Positions 39,325 to 51,370 of a stretch of 64,000 nt of DNA are shown in pieces. The stretch covers positions 41,416,001-41,480,000 of the forward strand of contig NC_043009.1 of assembly GCF_006345805.1 (NCBI RefSeq), in the 5' to 3' direction. The stretch comes from Octopus sinensis. Taxonomy: Eukaryota. The notes below the pieces were generated by a model. It saw only the letters and a list, made by a program, of their open reading frames with translations, ran no database searches and was not told where the DNA came from. The translations under genes were made by a program, and so were the position numbers. The first letter of the stretch is position 1. Every line of letters begins with the position of its first letter.

Positions 39325-40810
39325 AACCTTTCCTAAAGCACATCAAAAGCTTCGTAAGAGACGATATAGACATGCTTAACCATCTCCCAAAAACAGTCAA
39401 TGAGAAAACCCTACTAGTATCCTTCGACGTAATTAACCTTTATTCAAACATCCCTCACACCCTAGGAATAGAAGCGATCACTTTCTGGCTAAACAACTAC
39501 TCCTTTGAACTCCTTACTCGCATAAATAAAGAACTCATAATAGAAGGACTTAAATTTATTTTAGAAAACAATTACTTTATTTTTGATAATAATTTCTACA
39601 GACAAAGATCGGGAACAGCGATGGGTACGCGTACTGCGCCTTCTTTTGCCAACCTAGTGATGGGATACCTCGAAATAATACTCTACCAGAGAACACTCGA
39701 GAAATATGGAAACACTTTCTCCACCTATATCCAGAACAACTGGAAAATATATCTCGACGACTGCTTCATCCTCTGGGATGAAAGTATAGAAAAACTTGAG
39801 GAATTTAAAATACTATTAAATGGAATAAATGAAAATATTCACGATAGATCATAACGAAGAACAATTGCCATTTTTAGACATCCTCATTAAGAAAGTCGGC
39901 AACAAAATAGAGACAGATATCTATTATAAACCGACAGACTCCAAGCAGTACCTACCCTTTGATTCATACCACCCAAGACACACTAGAATAAATGTCCCTT
40001 TCTGTTTATCCAGAAGGATTTGCACCATAATATCAGACACAAACACCCGACACACACGTCTCAGGAACTACACTCATAAATAGAAATTATCCACAGCCCC
40101 TAATAGACAGTGCAATCCAACGAACACTAAATTAAGTATAAAAGACATGAGACAAACAAAACCAAAAAAAGAAAGAAAAATGAAAAACCCTACCCTACAT
40201 CTCTACACACAACCCACTTAACAATGAGGCCTTCAACACCATACTAGAAAATACAGCCCTACCAAAGGGAGACCCAAAGATGAACCGGATCCTCGAAACA
40301 CACAACATCATTAAAAGTAAACGGCAACCAAAATCCCTAAAAAAGATTTTAACCCAAGCTAAACTGCACTAAACAACAACCACAAAATCAGCAGTTAGAA
40401 AATGTGGAAAGCCCAACTGCGGAATCTGTGTCATCTTGGTAGAAGGTTCAGAATTCACATTAGAACAAGGCCATCAGTTTACCATCAGAACAAACTTCAC
40501 CTGTGCATCAGAAAACTTAATTTACGTCTTAACATGCGCAGGGTGCAATAGGCAGTAAATAGGCCATACAAAAAACAGCTTACGAAAAAGGATGGCGGTG
40601 TATAAATCCCAAATTAGAAATCCTGAATACAGGAAAATACCAGTCAGCGGACACATAGATAGATGTGCTTCAAATAAAAATCCCAAATTCACAACTTGCC
40701 CACTTTACAAATTCAGTGACAGCGTAACCTTCACTCAGCGCCAAAATAAAGAACTTTATTTCATTAGAAAATTCGGACCAAGTTTGAACACCCTGGGCCA
40801 GCAATATTAA
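39325..40810 (+). pseudogene. Penelope-like element: 5'-truncated RT plus thumb plus GIY-YIG endonuclease, frameshifted
   Basis: LLVSFDVINLYSNIPH, YRQRSGTAMGT, YLDDCFI, LPFLDILI..IETDIYYKPTDSKQYL.FDSYHP, CGKPNCGIC, FTCASENLIYVLTC.GC..Q*IGHT and KELYFIRKFGPSLN. Confidence 0.95.
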
Positions 40811-41130
40811 AACAAAACATTGGTCTTCCGAAAAGAAAAAAGAAATTCTACTACAACCACCACGATCACTACGACTGCTACCACTATCACTACTACTACA
40901 ACCACCATGGTCACTACTATTACTACTACGATCAACAGTCCTCCACTACTGCTGCTGCAACCCCAACCACCACCACGGTTACTACTACTACGACTAACAG
41001 TCACTGCTGCTACTGCCATTTCAGCCACTGACCATTCGGACACATAAGACAGCTAAAAACAACCACGTGGATTCTGTTGAGACCAGTAAGAAACAATTAT
41101 GAACTTTTTTATTACACTTAACTTTTAAAA

Positions 41131-41182
41131 ATATTTTTAATAAGGTTCGTTTTTTCAAGAAGAACCGAAACATGTAAATTTT
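41131..41182 (+). ncRNA. Decayed hammerhead in the PLE 3' pseudo-LTR (identical copy at 42718-42769)
   Basis: UUAAUAA-GGUUC...GAACC-GAAAC-AU-GUA. The core differs from CUGAUGA by three transitions, including G5A, and stem I is poor. Confidence 0.4.
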
Positions 41183-41392
41183 CTAAGAAAATTAAAATTT
41201 ATCTTATATAGTGGCGTTTTCAAATTTCTTTATTATAAATATATACCCACTCGTACACGATCTACACTTATCATAAATATATATATATAATATATATGTA
41301 GAAAGAGAGAGAGTAGATGATACCAGATAACAGACGGAGAGTAGACAGATAGTGGATAGATAGTTAGATAAATAGATAGATGGGCATATATA

Positions 41393-41444
<52 letters not shown>

Positions 41445-41464
41445 GATAGATAGATAGATAGATA

Positions 41465-42638
41465 TTTTTTGTATGGCCTATTTACTGCCTATTGCACCCT
41501 GCGCATGTTAAGACGTAAATTAAGTTTTCTGATGCACAGGTGAAGTTTGTTCTGATGGTAAACTGATGGCCTTGTTCTAATGTGAATTCTGAACCTTCTA
41601 CCAAGATGACACAGATTCCGCAGTTGGGCTTTCCACATTTTCTAACTGCTGATTTTTGGTTGTTGTTTAGTGCAGTTTAGCTTGGGTAAAATCTTTTTTA
41701 GGGATTTTGGTTGCCGTTTACTTTTAATGATGTTGTGTGTTTCGAGGATCCGGTTCATCTTTGGGTCTCCCTTTGGTAGGGCTGTATTTTCTAGTATGGT
41801 GTTGAAGGCCTCATTGTTAAGTGGGTTGTGTGTAGAGATGTAGGGTAGGGTTTTTCATTTTTCTTTCTTTTTTTGGTTTTGTTTGTCTCATGTCTTTTAT
41901 ACTTAATTTAAGTGTTCGTTGGATTGCACTGTCTATTAGGGGCTGTGGATAATTTCTATTTATGAGTGTAGTTCCTGGAGACGTGTGTGTCGGGTGTTTG
42001 TGTCTGATATTATGGTGCAAATCCTTCTGGATAAACAGAAAGGGACATTTATTCTAGTGTGTCTTGGGTGGTATGAATCAAAGGGTAGGTACTGCTTGGA
42101 GTCTGTCGGTTTATAATAGATATCTGTCTCTATTTTGTTGCCGACTTTCTTAATGAGGATGTCTAAAAATGGCAATTGTTCTTCGTTATGATCTATCGTG
42201 AATATTTTCATTTATTCATTTAATAGTATTTTAAATTCCTCAAGTTTTTCTATACTTTCATCCCAGAGGATGAAGCAGTCGTCGAGATATATTTTCCAGT
42301 TGTTCTGGATATAGGTGGAGAAAGTGTTTCCATATTTCTCGAGTGTTCTCTGGTAGAGTATTATTTCGAGGTATCCCATCACTAGGTTGGCAAAAGAAGG
42401 CGCAGTACGCGTACCCATCGCTGTTCCCGATCTTTGTCTGTAGAAATTATTATCAAAAATAAAGTAATTGTTTTCTAAAATAAATTTAAGTCCTTCTATT
42501 ATGAGTTCTTTATTTATGCGAGTAAGGAGTTCAAAGGAGTAGTTGTTTAGCCAGAAAGTGATCGCTTCTATTCCTAGGGTGTGAGGGATGTTTGAATAAA
42601 GGTTAATTACGTCGAAGGATACTAGTAGGGTTTTCTCA
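41465..42638 (-). pseudogene. Inverted duplicate of PLE segment 39401-40575
   Basis: Reverse complement matches apart from a few 1-nt indels where I compared; it has the same RT peptides and the same shared lesions. Confidence 0.95.
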
Positions 42639-42993
42639 GCTAAAAACAACCACGTGGATTCTGTTGAGACCAGTAAGAAACAATTATGAACTTTTTTATT
42701 ACACTTAACTTTTAAAAATATTTTTAATAAGGTTCGTTTTTTCAAGAAGAACCGAAACATGTAAATTTTCTAAGAAAATTAAAATTTATCTTATATAGTG
42801 GCGTTTTCAAATTTCTTTATTATAAATATATACCCACTCGTACACGATCTACACTTATCATAAATATATATATATATATATATATGTAGAAAGAGAGAGA
42901 GTAGATGATACCAGATAACAGACGGAGAGTAGACAGATAGTGGATAGATAGTTAGATAAATAGATAGATGGGCATATATATATATATATATAT
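42637..42993 (+). repeat. Direct duplicate of 41050-~41400
   Basis: CAGCTAAAAACAACCACGTGG...GATGGGCATATATA is repeated. Confidence 0.95.
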
Positions 42994-43151
42994 AATAAAT
43001 AAATATAAGAGAGTGGTCACTATATTGATCACTCTAGCACCAGTTAATCCAAAAGGTTTCAACCACGAAAATACATGTTTCCCATGAAAGCCAAGTACGA
43101 CTGTTAGCTCACACGGACAGGGCAAATAAAAAATAACAAAAATACAGATTA

Positions 43152-43230
43152 TTTTGGGACAATTGTTTCGCTATTAATGAATTAAATGTAATATTACTTA
43201 CAATAATCCATTTGTAGCTCGTCAGCCAAG
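43152..43230 (-). ncRNA. Type I hammerhead ribozyme, unit 1
   Basis: UUGG-CUGACGA-GCUA[41 nt]UAGC-GAAAC-AAUU-GUC-CCAA; predicted cleavage between 43158 and 43157. Confidence 0.85.
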
Positions 43231-43681
43231 ACTATCTGGATGAAATCCACTCAATCACACGCCAGATTTTACCATAACGATAAATACGCGTGTGGTTCAA
43301 TTGATTACAACCGACGTATCATTCAAATGCCCCAACCCACAGCGCGCCAAAGCTCTCACGGGAAACCAATACAGCATTTAGAAATAAATGCAGCATAATT
43401 ATAATTAATTAATAAGGTGAGAGAATTAGATACTAATTTAATAGTATATTTATTCCACACCAAGGGCCTAGTGCTATGAGAACCTGGATTATTATAATAT
43501 TATATAACATATTATAATATTTTCACAAAATAAATATAAGAGAGTGGTCACTATATTGATCACTCTAGCACCAGTTAACCAAAAGGTTTCAACCACGAAA
43601 ATACATGTTTCCCATGAAAGCAAGTACGACTGTTAGCTCACACGGACAGGGCAAATCAAAAAATAACAAAAATACAGATTA

Positions 43682-43758
43682 TTTTGGGACAATTGTTTCG
43701 CTATTAATGAAAAATGTAATATTACTTACAATAATCCATTTGTAGCTCGTCAGCCAAG
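43682..43758 (-). ncRNA. Type I hammerhead ribozyme, unit 2
   Basis: Same intact core; cleavage 43688/43687. Confidence 0.8.
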
Positions 43759-44205
43759 ACTATCTGGATGAAATCCACTCAATCACACGCCAGATTTTAC
43801 CATAACGATAATACGGTGTGTTCAATTGATTACAACCGACGTTATAATTCAAATGCCCAACCAACAGCGCGCCAAAGCCTCCACGGAAACAAATACAGCA
43901 TTTAGAAATAAATGCAGCATAATTATAATTAATTAATAAGGGTGAGAGAATTAGATACTAATTTAATAGTATATTTATTCCACACCAAGTGGCCTAGTGC
44001 TATGAGAAACCTGGATTATTATAATATTATATAACATTATTATAATTTTCACAAAATAAATATAAGAGAGTGGTCACTATATGATCACTCTAGCACCAGT
44101 TAATCCAAAAGGTTTCAACCACGAAAATACATGTTCCCATGAAAGCCAAGTACGACTGTTAGCTCACACGGACAGGGCAAATAAAAAATAACAAAAATAC
44201 AGATA

Positions 44206-44282
44206 TTTTGGGACAATTGTTTCGCTATAATGAATATAAATGTAATATACTTACAATAATCCATTGTAGCTCGTCAGCCAAG
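44206..44282 (-). ncRNA. Type I hammerhead ribozyme, unit 3
   Basis: Same intact core; cleavage 44212/44211. Confidence 0.8.
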
Positions 44283-44729
44283 ACTATCTGATGAAATCCA
44301 CTCAATCACACGCAGATTTTACCATAACGTAAATACGCGTGTGGTTCAATTGATGTACAACCGACGTTATAATTCAAATGCCCCACCAACAGCGCGCCAA
44401 GAGCTCTCACGGAAACAAATACAGCATTTAGAAAAAATGCAGCATAATATAATTATTAATAAGGGTGAGAGAATTAGATACTAATTTAATAGTATATTTA
44501 TTCCACACAAAGTGGCCTAGGCTATGAGAAACCTGGATTATTATAATATTATATAACATATTATAATATTTTCACAAAATAAATATAAGAGAGTGGTCAC
44601 TATATGATCACTCTAGCACCAGTTAATCCAAAAGGTTTCAACCACGAAAATACATGTTTCCATGAAAGCCAAGTACGACTGTTAGCTCACACGGACAGGG
44701 CAAATAAAAAATAACAAAAATACAGATTA

Positions 44730-44807
44730 TTTTGGGACAATTGTTCGCTATTAATGAATTAAATGTAATATTACTTACAATAATCCATTTGTAGCTCGTC
44801 AGCCAAG
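44730..44807 (-). ncRNA. Hammerhead ribozyme, unit 4 (GAAC instead of GAAAC)
   Basis: One A is missing in the core homopolymer; this is either a true inactivation or a consensus error. Confidence 0.6.
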
Positions 44808-45237
44808 ACTATCTGGATGAAATCCACTCAATCACACGCCAGATTTTACCATAACGATAAATACGCGTGTGGTTCAATTGATTACAACCGACGTTATAAT
44901 TCAAATGCCCCAACCAACAGCGCGCCAAAGCTCTCACGGAAACAAATACAGCATTTAGAAATAAATGCAGCATAATTATAATTAATTAATAAGGGTGAGA
45001 GAATTAGATACTAATTTAATAGTATATTTATTCCACACCAAGTGGCCTAGTGCTATGAGAAACCTGGATTATTATAATATTATATAACATATTATAATAT
45101 TTTCACAAAATAAATATAAGAGAGTGGTCACTATATTGATCACTCTAGCACCAGTTAATCCAAAAGGTTTCAACCACGAAAATACATTATATATATAATA
45201 TATATTATATTATAATAGATAGATAGATATATATTAG

Positions 45238-45299
<62 letters not shown>

Positions 45300-45799
45300 T
45301 AGATAGATAGATATAGATAGATAGATAGATAGATAGACAGATAGATAGATAGATAGATAGATAGACGAATTTATCATAACCGCCACTGCCGCAGCTACCA
45401 TCCCACCATTCCCAGTTGTTGAACAAATGGAATATAGGTTTGTTCCAGGTGTTTAAAATTTCTTCAAGAGATATAGGACAATGATTTTTATGCTGGACGT
45501 TTCTTGTCTTGTCTTTCTTTCTTTCTTTCATCTTTTTTCTTTCTTTCTTTCAATTCTTTGTTTCCACTTTCTGCCTTTCTCCTCGCCATTCTTTTCCTTT
45601 CCTTTTGCTCTTTCTTGCTTTCTTTTTCCTTTCTTTTTTCCTTTAGCTTCTTCTTCCTACCTTCTCATCTTTCTCCTTTTCTCTTTCCTTTCTTTCTTTC
45701 TCCCTACTTTTTCCCTTTTCTTCATTCATTCATTCATTCATTCTTTTTTCTTTATTATCCCTTCCAAAAGTTTATTCTTTTCGCACCTAGTTAATAATT

Positions 45800-46255
45800 G
45801 ATTTCAAATTTTGGCGCAAAGCCAGCAAATTCGGGGATAGGGGCTAAGTCGATTGCATCAACTCCAGTGCTCACCTGGTACTTATTTTATCGACCCCGAA
45901 AGAAATGAAAAGCAAAGTGGACCTCAGCAGGATTTGAACCCAGAACGTAAAGACGAAGTTCAGCTAAGCATTTTTCCCGGTGCAGTTACAATTCAACCGG
46001 CTCTCCGCCCTAACAACAACAACAATGATAATAATAATGGCTTCGAATAATGGCACATGGCCAGCAATTTTGGGGGAGGGGTAAGTCGATTATATCTACC
46101 CAGTGTTTGACTGGTACTTATTTTATCAACTCCGAAAGGTATGAAGAGCAAAGTCGACCTCAGCGGAATTCGAACGCAGAACGTAAAGACGGTCGAAATG
46201 CTACTGAGCATTTTTGCTCGGCATGCTAACGGTTCTCCCAACTCGTCACCCTGCG
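45800..46255 (-). mobile_element. Two adjacent SINE family A copies
   Basis: Reverse-complement cores at ~45800-46015 and ~46030-46255. Confidence 0.8.
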
Positions 46256-46606
46256 CCTAGTGCATATTACAATCTTCAGCTTTTTCCTGTGTCTTTTTTA
46301 CATTACGTCGACACAGAAGCAGAACCAGGAACGGCTTATAGAACCGAATCTCGATGATCACTTCACCATAGAGCCATGTGTATTTGTATGTGTTTGTGTG
46401 CATGAGTGTGCATGTGTGCACATAAGATGATGATGAAGATGATGATGATGATGACGGTGATGATTATAATGACGTGTGTGTAATTTTATGAATATGCCTG
46501 CTGGTTGCATATCTTATTTTAACTACGTGCTCAAAAGTATGTGTTTGGGTCTATGTGTGTGTGTGTGTGGTATGTGTGTGGATCTATGAATATGTGTTTA
46601 TGCATG

Positions 46607-46644
<38 letters not shown>

Positions 46645-47459
46645 ATACACATATATATATGTGTGTGCGTGTGTGTATACATATATATATATACACCCAA
46701 CACACACACACACACACACACATAGAAAGATAGAGAAAGGGAAAGCTAGGGCAGAAAGAAAGCAAAAAAAGAACACATGTTTTGTTGAGTTGCGAGATTC
46801 GAATATGAAAAGGGAGAAAGATATTGTTGCCCTTAGGGGCCTAAATGTTTATGCTGAGGTTACTGATGAAACAATCATCGTAATATTTGCCTTTTAGGGA
46901 GCTGAAAGTATTTGCTACTTAAACTGATGGAATTTAAGGAACGAAACCCCTCTTAAAAAGGTAATTTTATGTAAAATAATAACAAAATTGTTTCTTTCTT
47001 AAAAAAAACCCCCAAAAAAACATTGAAAAGAGACGAATGATAATTCAAAATAGCTATTAGTGTTGACAGAATAAAAAACTGCAAAATTCAATCACAGTTT
47101 TTATATTTATAACTCGGGAACTCGTTAGGTGGAATGAAACCTATTTCCTTTTTTGGAATGCTACAGTTGAATTTGTTTTGATAATTCTAGACTAATTTCT
47201 TGTGCAAGACGGGGCAAAACGACAAGAGAAAACATGGCGGCGTAGTTGTCAACAAACCCTCGCAGGCATCCAAACATCATGCATATATATATACACACGT
47301 CACACGTCACATACACACACACACACATGTGTAGTAGAATGTTTATTAACATTTTTTTCTACTTTTTAAATGAAATGAAATAAAATAAAAAAAAAATTGC
47401 ACTTCTGACATTGAAATATTTTAACAAAGGGATCGATTTTCCAGAAGGTTAAAAAAATA

Positions 47460-47520
47460 AAGGTGGTGTTGATGCTGTGGATAGTGGTGGTAGTGGTGAT
47501 GATGGTGGTGGTGGTGGTGG

Positions 47521-47554
<34 letters not shown>

Positions 47555-47754
47555 GGTGATAGTGTTGTTGTTGTTGTTGATGGTGGTGGTGGTACTAGAT
47601 GCAGAAAGTTTTAGCGGTTGTGGGGCCATGCAAAGACGAGGATTATGCTAACGATGGTGACGGCGACGATGATGACGGCTACAATGATGATGATGATGAT
47701 GACGACGACAACGACAACGTCGACAATTACAACGACGATGACGATGACGACGAC

Positions 47755-47787
<33 letters not shown>

Positions 47788-48330
47788 AAACGACGACAAT
47801 AACGCCGATGACAACGATGATAATAATGAGGTGGATGGCGATGCTGACGACGCCGATGATGAAGATGGGGAGGAGGAAGAGGAGAATGAAGTGGAAGAAT
47901 AGAAGAGAAGAAAGAGGATGATGGTCATGACGGTGACGACAGTGTTGTTGTTGTTGATGGTGGTGGTGATGATGATGATGATGATGACGACGACGACGAC
48001 GAGGACGACGGCGCCGTCGATGATGATGGCGACGACGACGACAATGATGATGATGATGATGTTGAGGATGAGGGGAAGGCGACGTCGATAACGATGTTCA
48101 TGATGAGGATGATGACGTTAATGGTAATGATGATGATGATGATAAAGAGGGGGAGATGGACGAGACAACGACGATGATGGTGACGACAACGATAGTGTTG
48201 ATGATGCGTATGATGATGATGATGAGCAAGAGGATGATGATGTCAACGACGACGCCAAAATCCGGTAAAGGAGATCGGTAATGAGGAAGGTAGTGCGGGA
48301 AATTCAGAGAATGATGAGATGACGATGATG
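47460..48330. repeat. (GAT)/(GGT)/(GAC) trinucleotide low-complexity field
   Basis: Directly visible; source of the poly-D/M/V ORFs. Confidence 0.9.
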
Positions 48331-48714
48331 ACAACAAGAGGTGTGAAGAAGGTTTGATGAGAAGGGCAGAGAGCACAGTAAAAAGAGAATGGAAGACAAC
48401 ACTATGAACATAATTTCGTTATCCATGTTTGAGTCAAGGTCCGTAGACATTTCTTTGAAATCCTGAAGTTTTCACAGCAATCATTCTACGAAAGAGGAAC
48501 ACCACCAACACGGAGGCCTCTTCAGAGATAAAGGAATCTAGCCCGATTTTTTTTTCGTTTCTTTTAGAAGAATTTCTTACAAGACAGTCTTACAATAAAG
48601 AAACAATAACAAAATAAATACAAATAACATTTAAAATTCCATCGCAAACAAGGAAATACACTAAAATATTCAGTAAATAGAAATATGAGCATAATGAAGG
48701 CTGCCATTTAAATA

Positions 48715-49570
48715 TCGGCTTCAGATTTTGGCACAAGGCTGGCAAGTATGGGAAAGGAGTAAGTCGATTAAATAGACATCAGTACTTAACTGGTACTTAT
48801 TTTATCGACTCCGAAAGGACGAAAGGCAAAGTCGACCTCGCTGGAATTTGAACTCAGAACGTAAAGATGGACGAAATACTACCAAGCATTTTGTCTGGCG
48901 TGTAAACGAATCACCCAGCTCGCCGCCTTTTCTGTCAGCTCTCCAGTTAAATATTGATTTTAAATTTTGGAACAAAGCCAATATTTTGGAGGAGGGAGTA
49001 AGCCATTTATATCGACCCCAGTACTTAAGTGGTACTTATTTTATAAGGCGGCAGGTTGGCAGAATCATTAGCACGCCGGGCGAAATGCTTGGCGGTATTT
49101 CGTCTGTCGTTACGTTCTGAGTTCAAATTCCGCCGAGGTCGACTTTGCCTTTCATCCTTTCGGGGTCGATAAATAAAGTACCAATTTCGCATTGGGGTCG
49201 ATGTAATCGACTTAATCCGTTTGTCTGTCCTTGTTTCTCCTCTCTGTGTTTAGCCCCTTGTGGGTAGTAAAGAAATAGGTACTTATTTTATTGACCTCCG
49301 AAAGGATGCAAGGCAAAGTTGACAGCGGCGGAATTTGAACTCAGAACGTAAAGTCTGACGAAATGCCGCTAAGCATTTTGCCCGACGCGGTAACGATTCA
49401 GCCTGCTCTCCGCCCTAACAACAACAACAGCAATGATAATATGCCACGAAGCATCTTGCCCGGTGTGCTAACGATTCTATTAGCTCGCTGCCTTTTCTAC
49501 CAGCTTGCTACTTTTCTACCAGCTTGCTACTTTTCTACCAGCTTGCTGCCTTTTCTACCAGCTCGCCAGC
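48715..49570. mobile_element. SINE family A cluster in both orientations
   Basis: Minus copies at ~48715-48930, 48960-49040 and 49275-49410; plus copy at 49045-49275. Confidence 0.8.
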
Positions 49571-49749
49571 TAAATATAAATAAGAATGAATGTATTTTCT
49601 ACAATTTTTTCTCTCTGACGAAGATTTATTACTTGAAACGTTCGTATTTTCGAAATGATCCCTCACATACCAATCTCTGGCTATGTGCCAAACTTTGAAA
49701 CCACTGTTAAACGCGTTGTCCTACTTTAAGTATTGATGAATTGTAAGAC

Positions 49750-50400
49750 AAGGCACTTGCTTGGTTGGGGATGGAAGATATTCCAGCCGTGGCAATCCAA
49801 TATTTCTTTAGTAGTGGTAGTGGTAAGGTCTGTGTAAGGCTATATTATCTAATTTGTCCCTATGTCCCTTTCGTATATTAGACGGTTGAACGGGTGTTGA
49901 AGGTGTATATTTATGTTATTTCTAACAACTTAAGCGACTACATAACAGACTTCTTTCGATTCTCAGTTGTATAATGAGGTTGAAGATATTCCACACGTAA
50001 ACATCCCATACATTTTTGGTAGCAGTTGTAGTAGGGACTAGTTATGACCATACAGGATGTTCATAAACTATCTTTACAATAGAAACTGAACATCGTCTAA
50101 ATGTGTTGCTTGCAACCAATAGATCCCACGTGGAATAGTTCAGATATTTTTAATGAAAATTTATCTCTTTTGTGTAATGTTTATCGCCACATCAATATGG
50201 CTGTTCAAAGTTACTTCCGTTTAATGAATAGGCCGAAACAGTTCGGTCTAGTAATCCCGTCGAATGCTAGAAAATGATAGGGGTTTGCTCCCCTGCTTGC
50301 AAAGTATACAAGATGCAGCTTGCACCGACAACCATCTGGTGGAGGCTTTACCTGGGATTAAACGGTAGTAACGTTGGACAGCTTTATTAATGTGGCGACA
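49750..50400 (-). pseudogene. Highly decayed LINE remnant (I/Jockey-group-like post-RT region)
   Basis: Hand translation HIDVAINITQKR..., STWD...SIVKIVYEHPVWS resembles the post-RT WG...Y..PVW motif; several stops. Confidence 0.35.
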
Positions 50401-51331
50401 AACTTTACTTCTCAATATAGTTGCTACTTTTATCTTTATTGAGATTTTTCTAACTAGCTATTTTGCTTTATCTCTGCCTGTTTTCCCATAATCTCTACCT
50501 GTTTTATTTTGCTTTATCTCTGCCTGTTTTCCTAAATATTATCCATATTTTTCAAATTTTCTCTGAATTTTTAAAAAATTGTAACAACCTATACTATCCA
50601 ATACAGTGGTTCCCAACCGGGATTCTTATAACTCTTGGGGGTTCACGTAAGATATTTTTGTTAAAATTTATCTGCAATAAACTGGTTAAAAAGTCCTACA
50701 ATACACAATATTTTAACAATGTCTTTTTTCTATACTATTCCTAATAGTATTTAATTATAAAAATCTAATAGGATTAAAAAAAAAAAAACATCGAATAACA
50801 ATGGATGATCAGTAGCGCAAAATTGAAATCAAAGGGGTCCATAGGTAAAAAAAAAAAATGGCTGAGAACTCTTGATCTAATATATCCCTTTCGTGTTCAA
50901 GACGATAGGGCGACATTTGAGGGAAGATTTTTATGCGCTATTTCTAACAACCTGAGCAACCAGGTAGAGATTTCCCGCGTTGTCGACAATATAACGGTTG
51001 GTTTGGTTGTTTTTAATGACTGACTATAAGGGAGAACTCTTTATATCTAATTAATATAAGACAGAATCTGGTGCCGAGACTTCTAAGAGAATTCAATAGA
51101 AAAAAAACTTAAGTAGATGTTAAGTTGTAATGTTTCGTTTTAGTACAGCTTTCCAAATATTAGCTTTAATGAACTATAATAATATATTTTCAACTGTTTA
51201 CATTTAATTACATGATCTGGTGTTATCGATCTAGAAAGAAGAAAAAATATTGGATGTAGCATATTGAACTGCCGCGCTCTTTACATTATGTGTATGCACA
51301 CATGTGCACACGCGAACACACACACTTACAG

Positions 51332-51370
<39 letters not shown>

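Larger units (their letters stand above)
42997..45187 (-). mobile_element. Tandem array of ~530-bp hammerhead-containing units (retrozyme / PLE pseudo-LTR multimer)
   Basis: AAATATAAGAGAGTGG recurs at 43001, 43532, 44058, 44581 and 45112. There is one hammerhead per unit on the minus strand, and (TA)n flanks both ends. Confidence 0.85.

Noticed and set aside
41074-41101. CTGTTGA-GACC...GAAACAATT hammerhead-like string
   Set aside because: A6 is mutated, there is no helix II partner and no NUH triplet.
42997-45187. CRISPR-like or rDNA/histone tandem interpretation of the array
   Set aside because: No unique spacers, no rRNA/snRNA or histone similarity recognised, and a eukaryotic context.
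47230-47245. AACATGGCGGCG (YY1/start-codon-like motif)
   Set aside because: The ATG is followed by a stop after 3 codons, and there is no CpG-rich promoter context.
47599-47928. Acidic poly-D ORFs resembling biomineralisation proteins
   Set aside because: A GAT/GAC microsatellite field open in several frames, with no signal peptide or splice support.
49611-49650. CTGACGA...GAAACGTT hammerhead-like string
   Set aside because: Helix II is at most 2 weak pairs and helix I cannot form.
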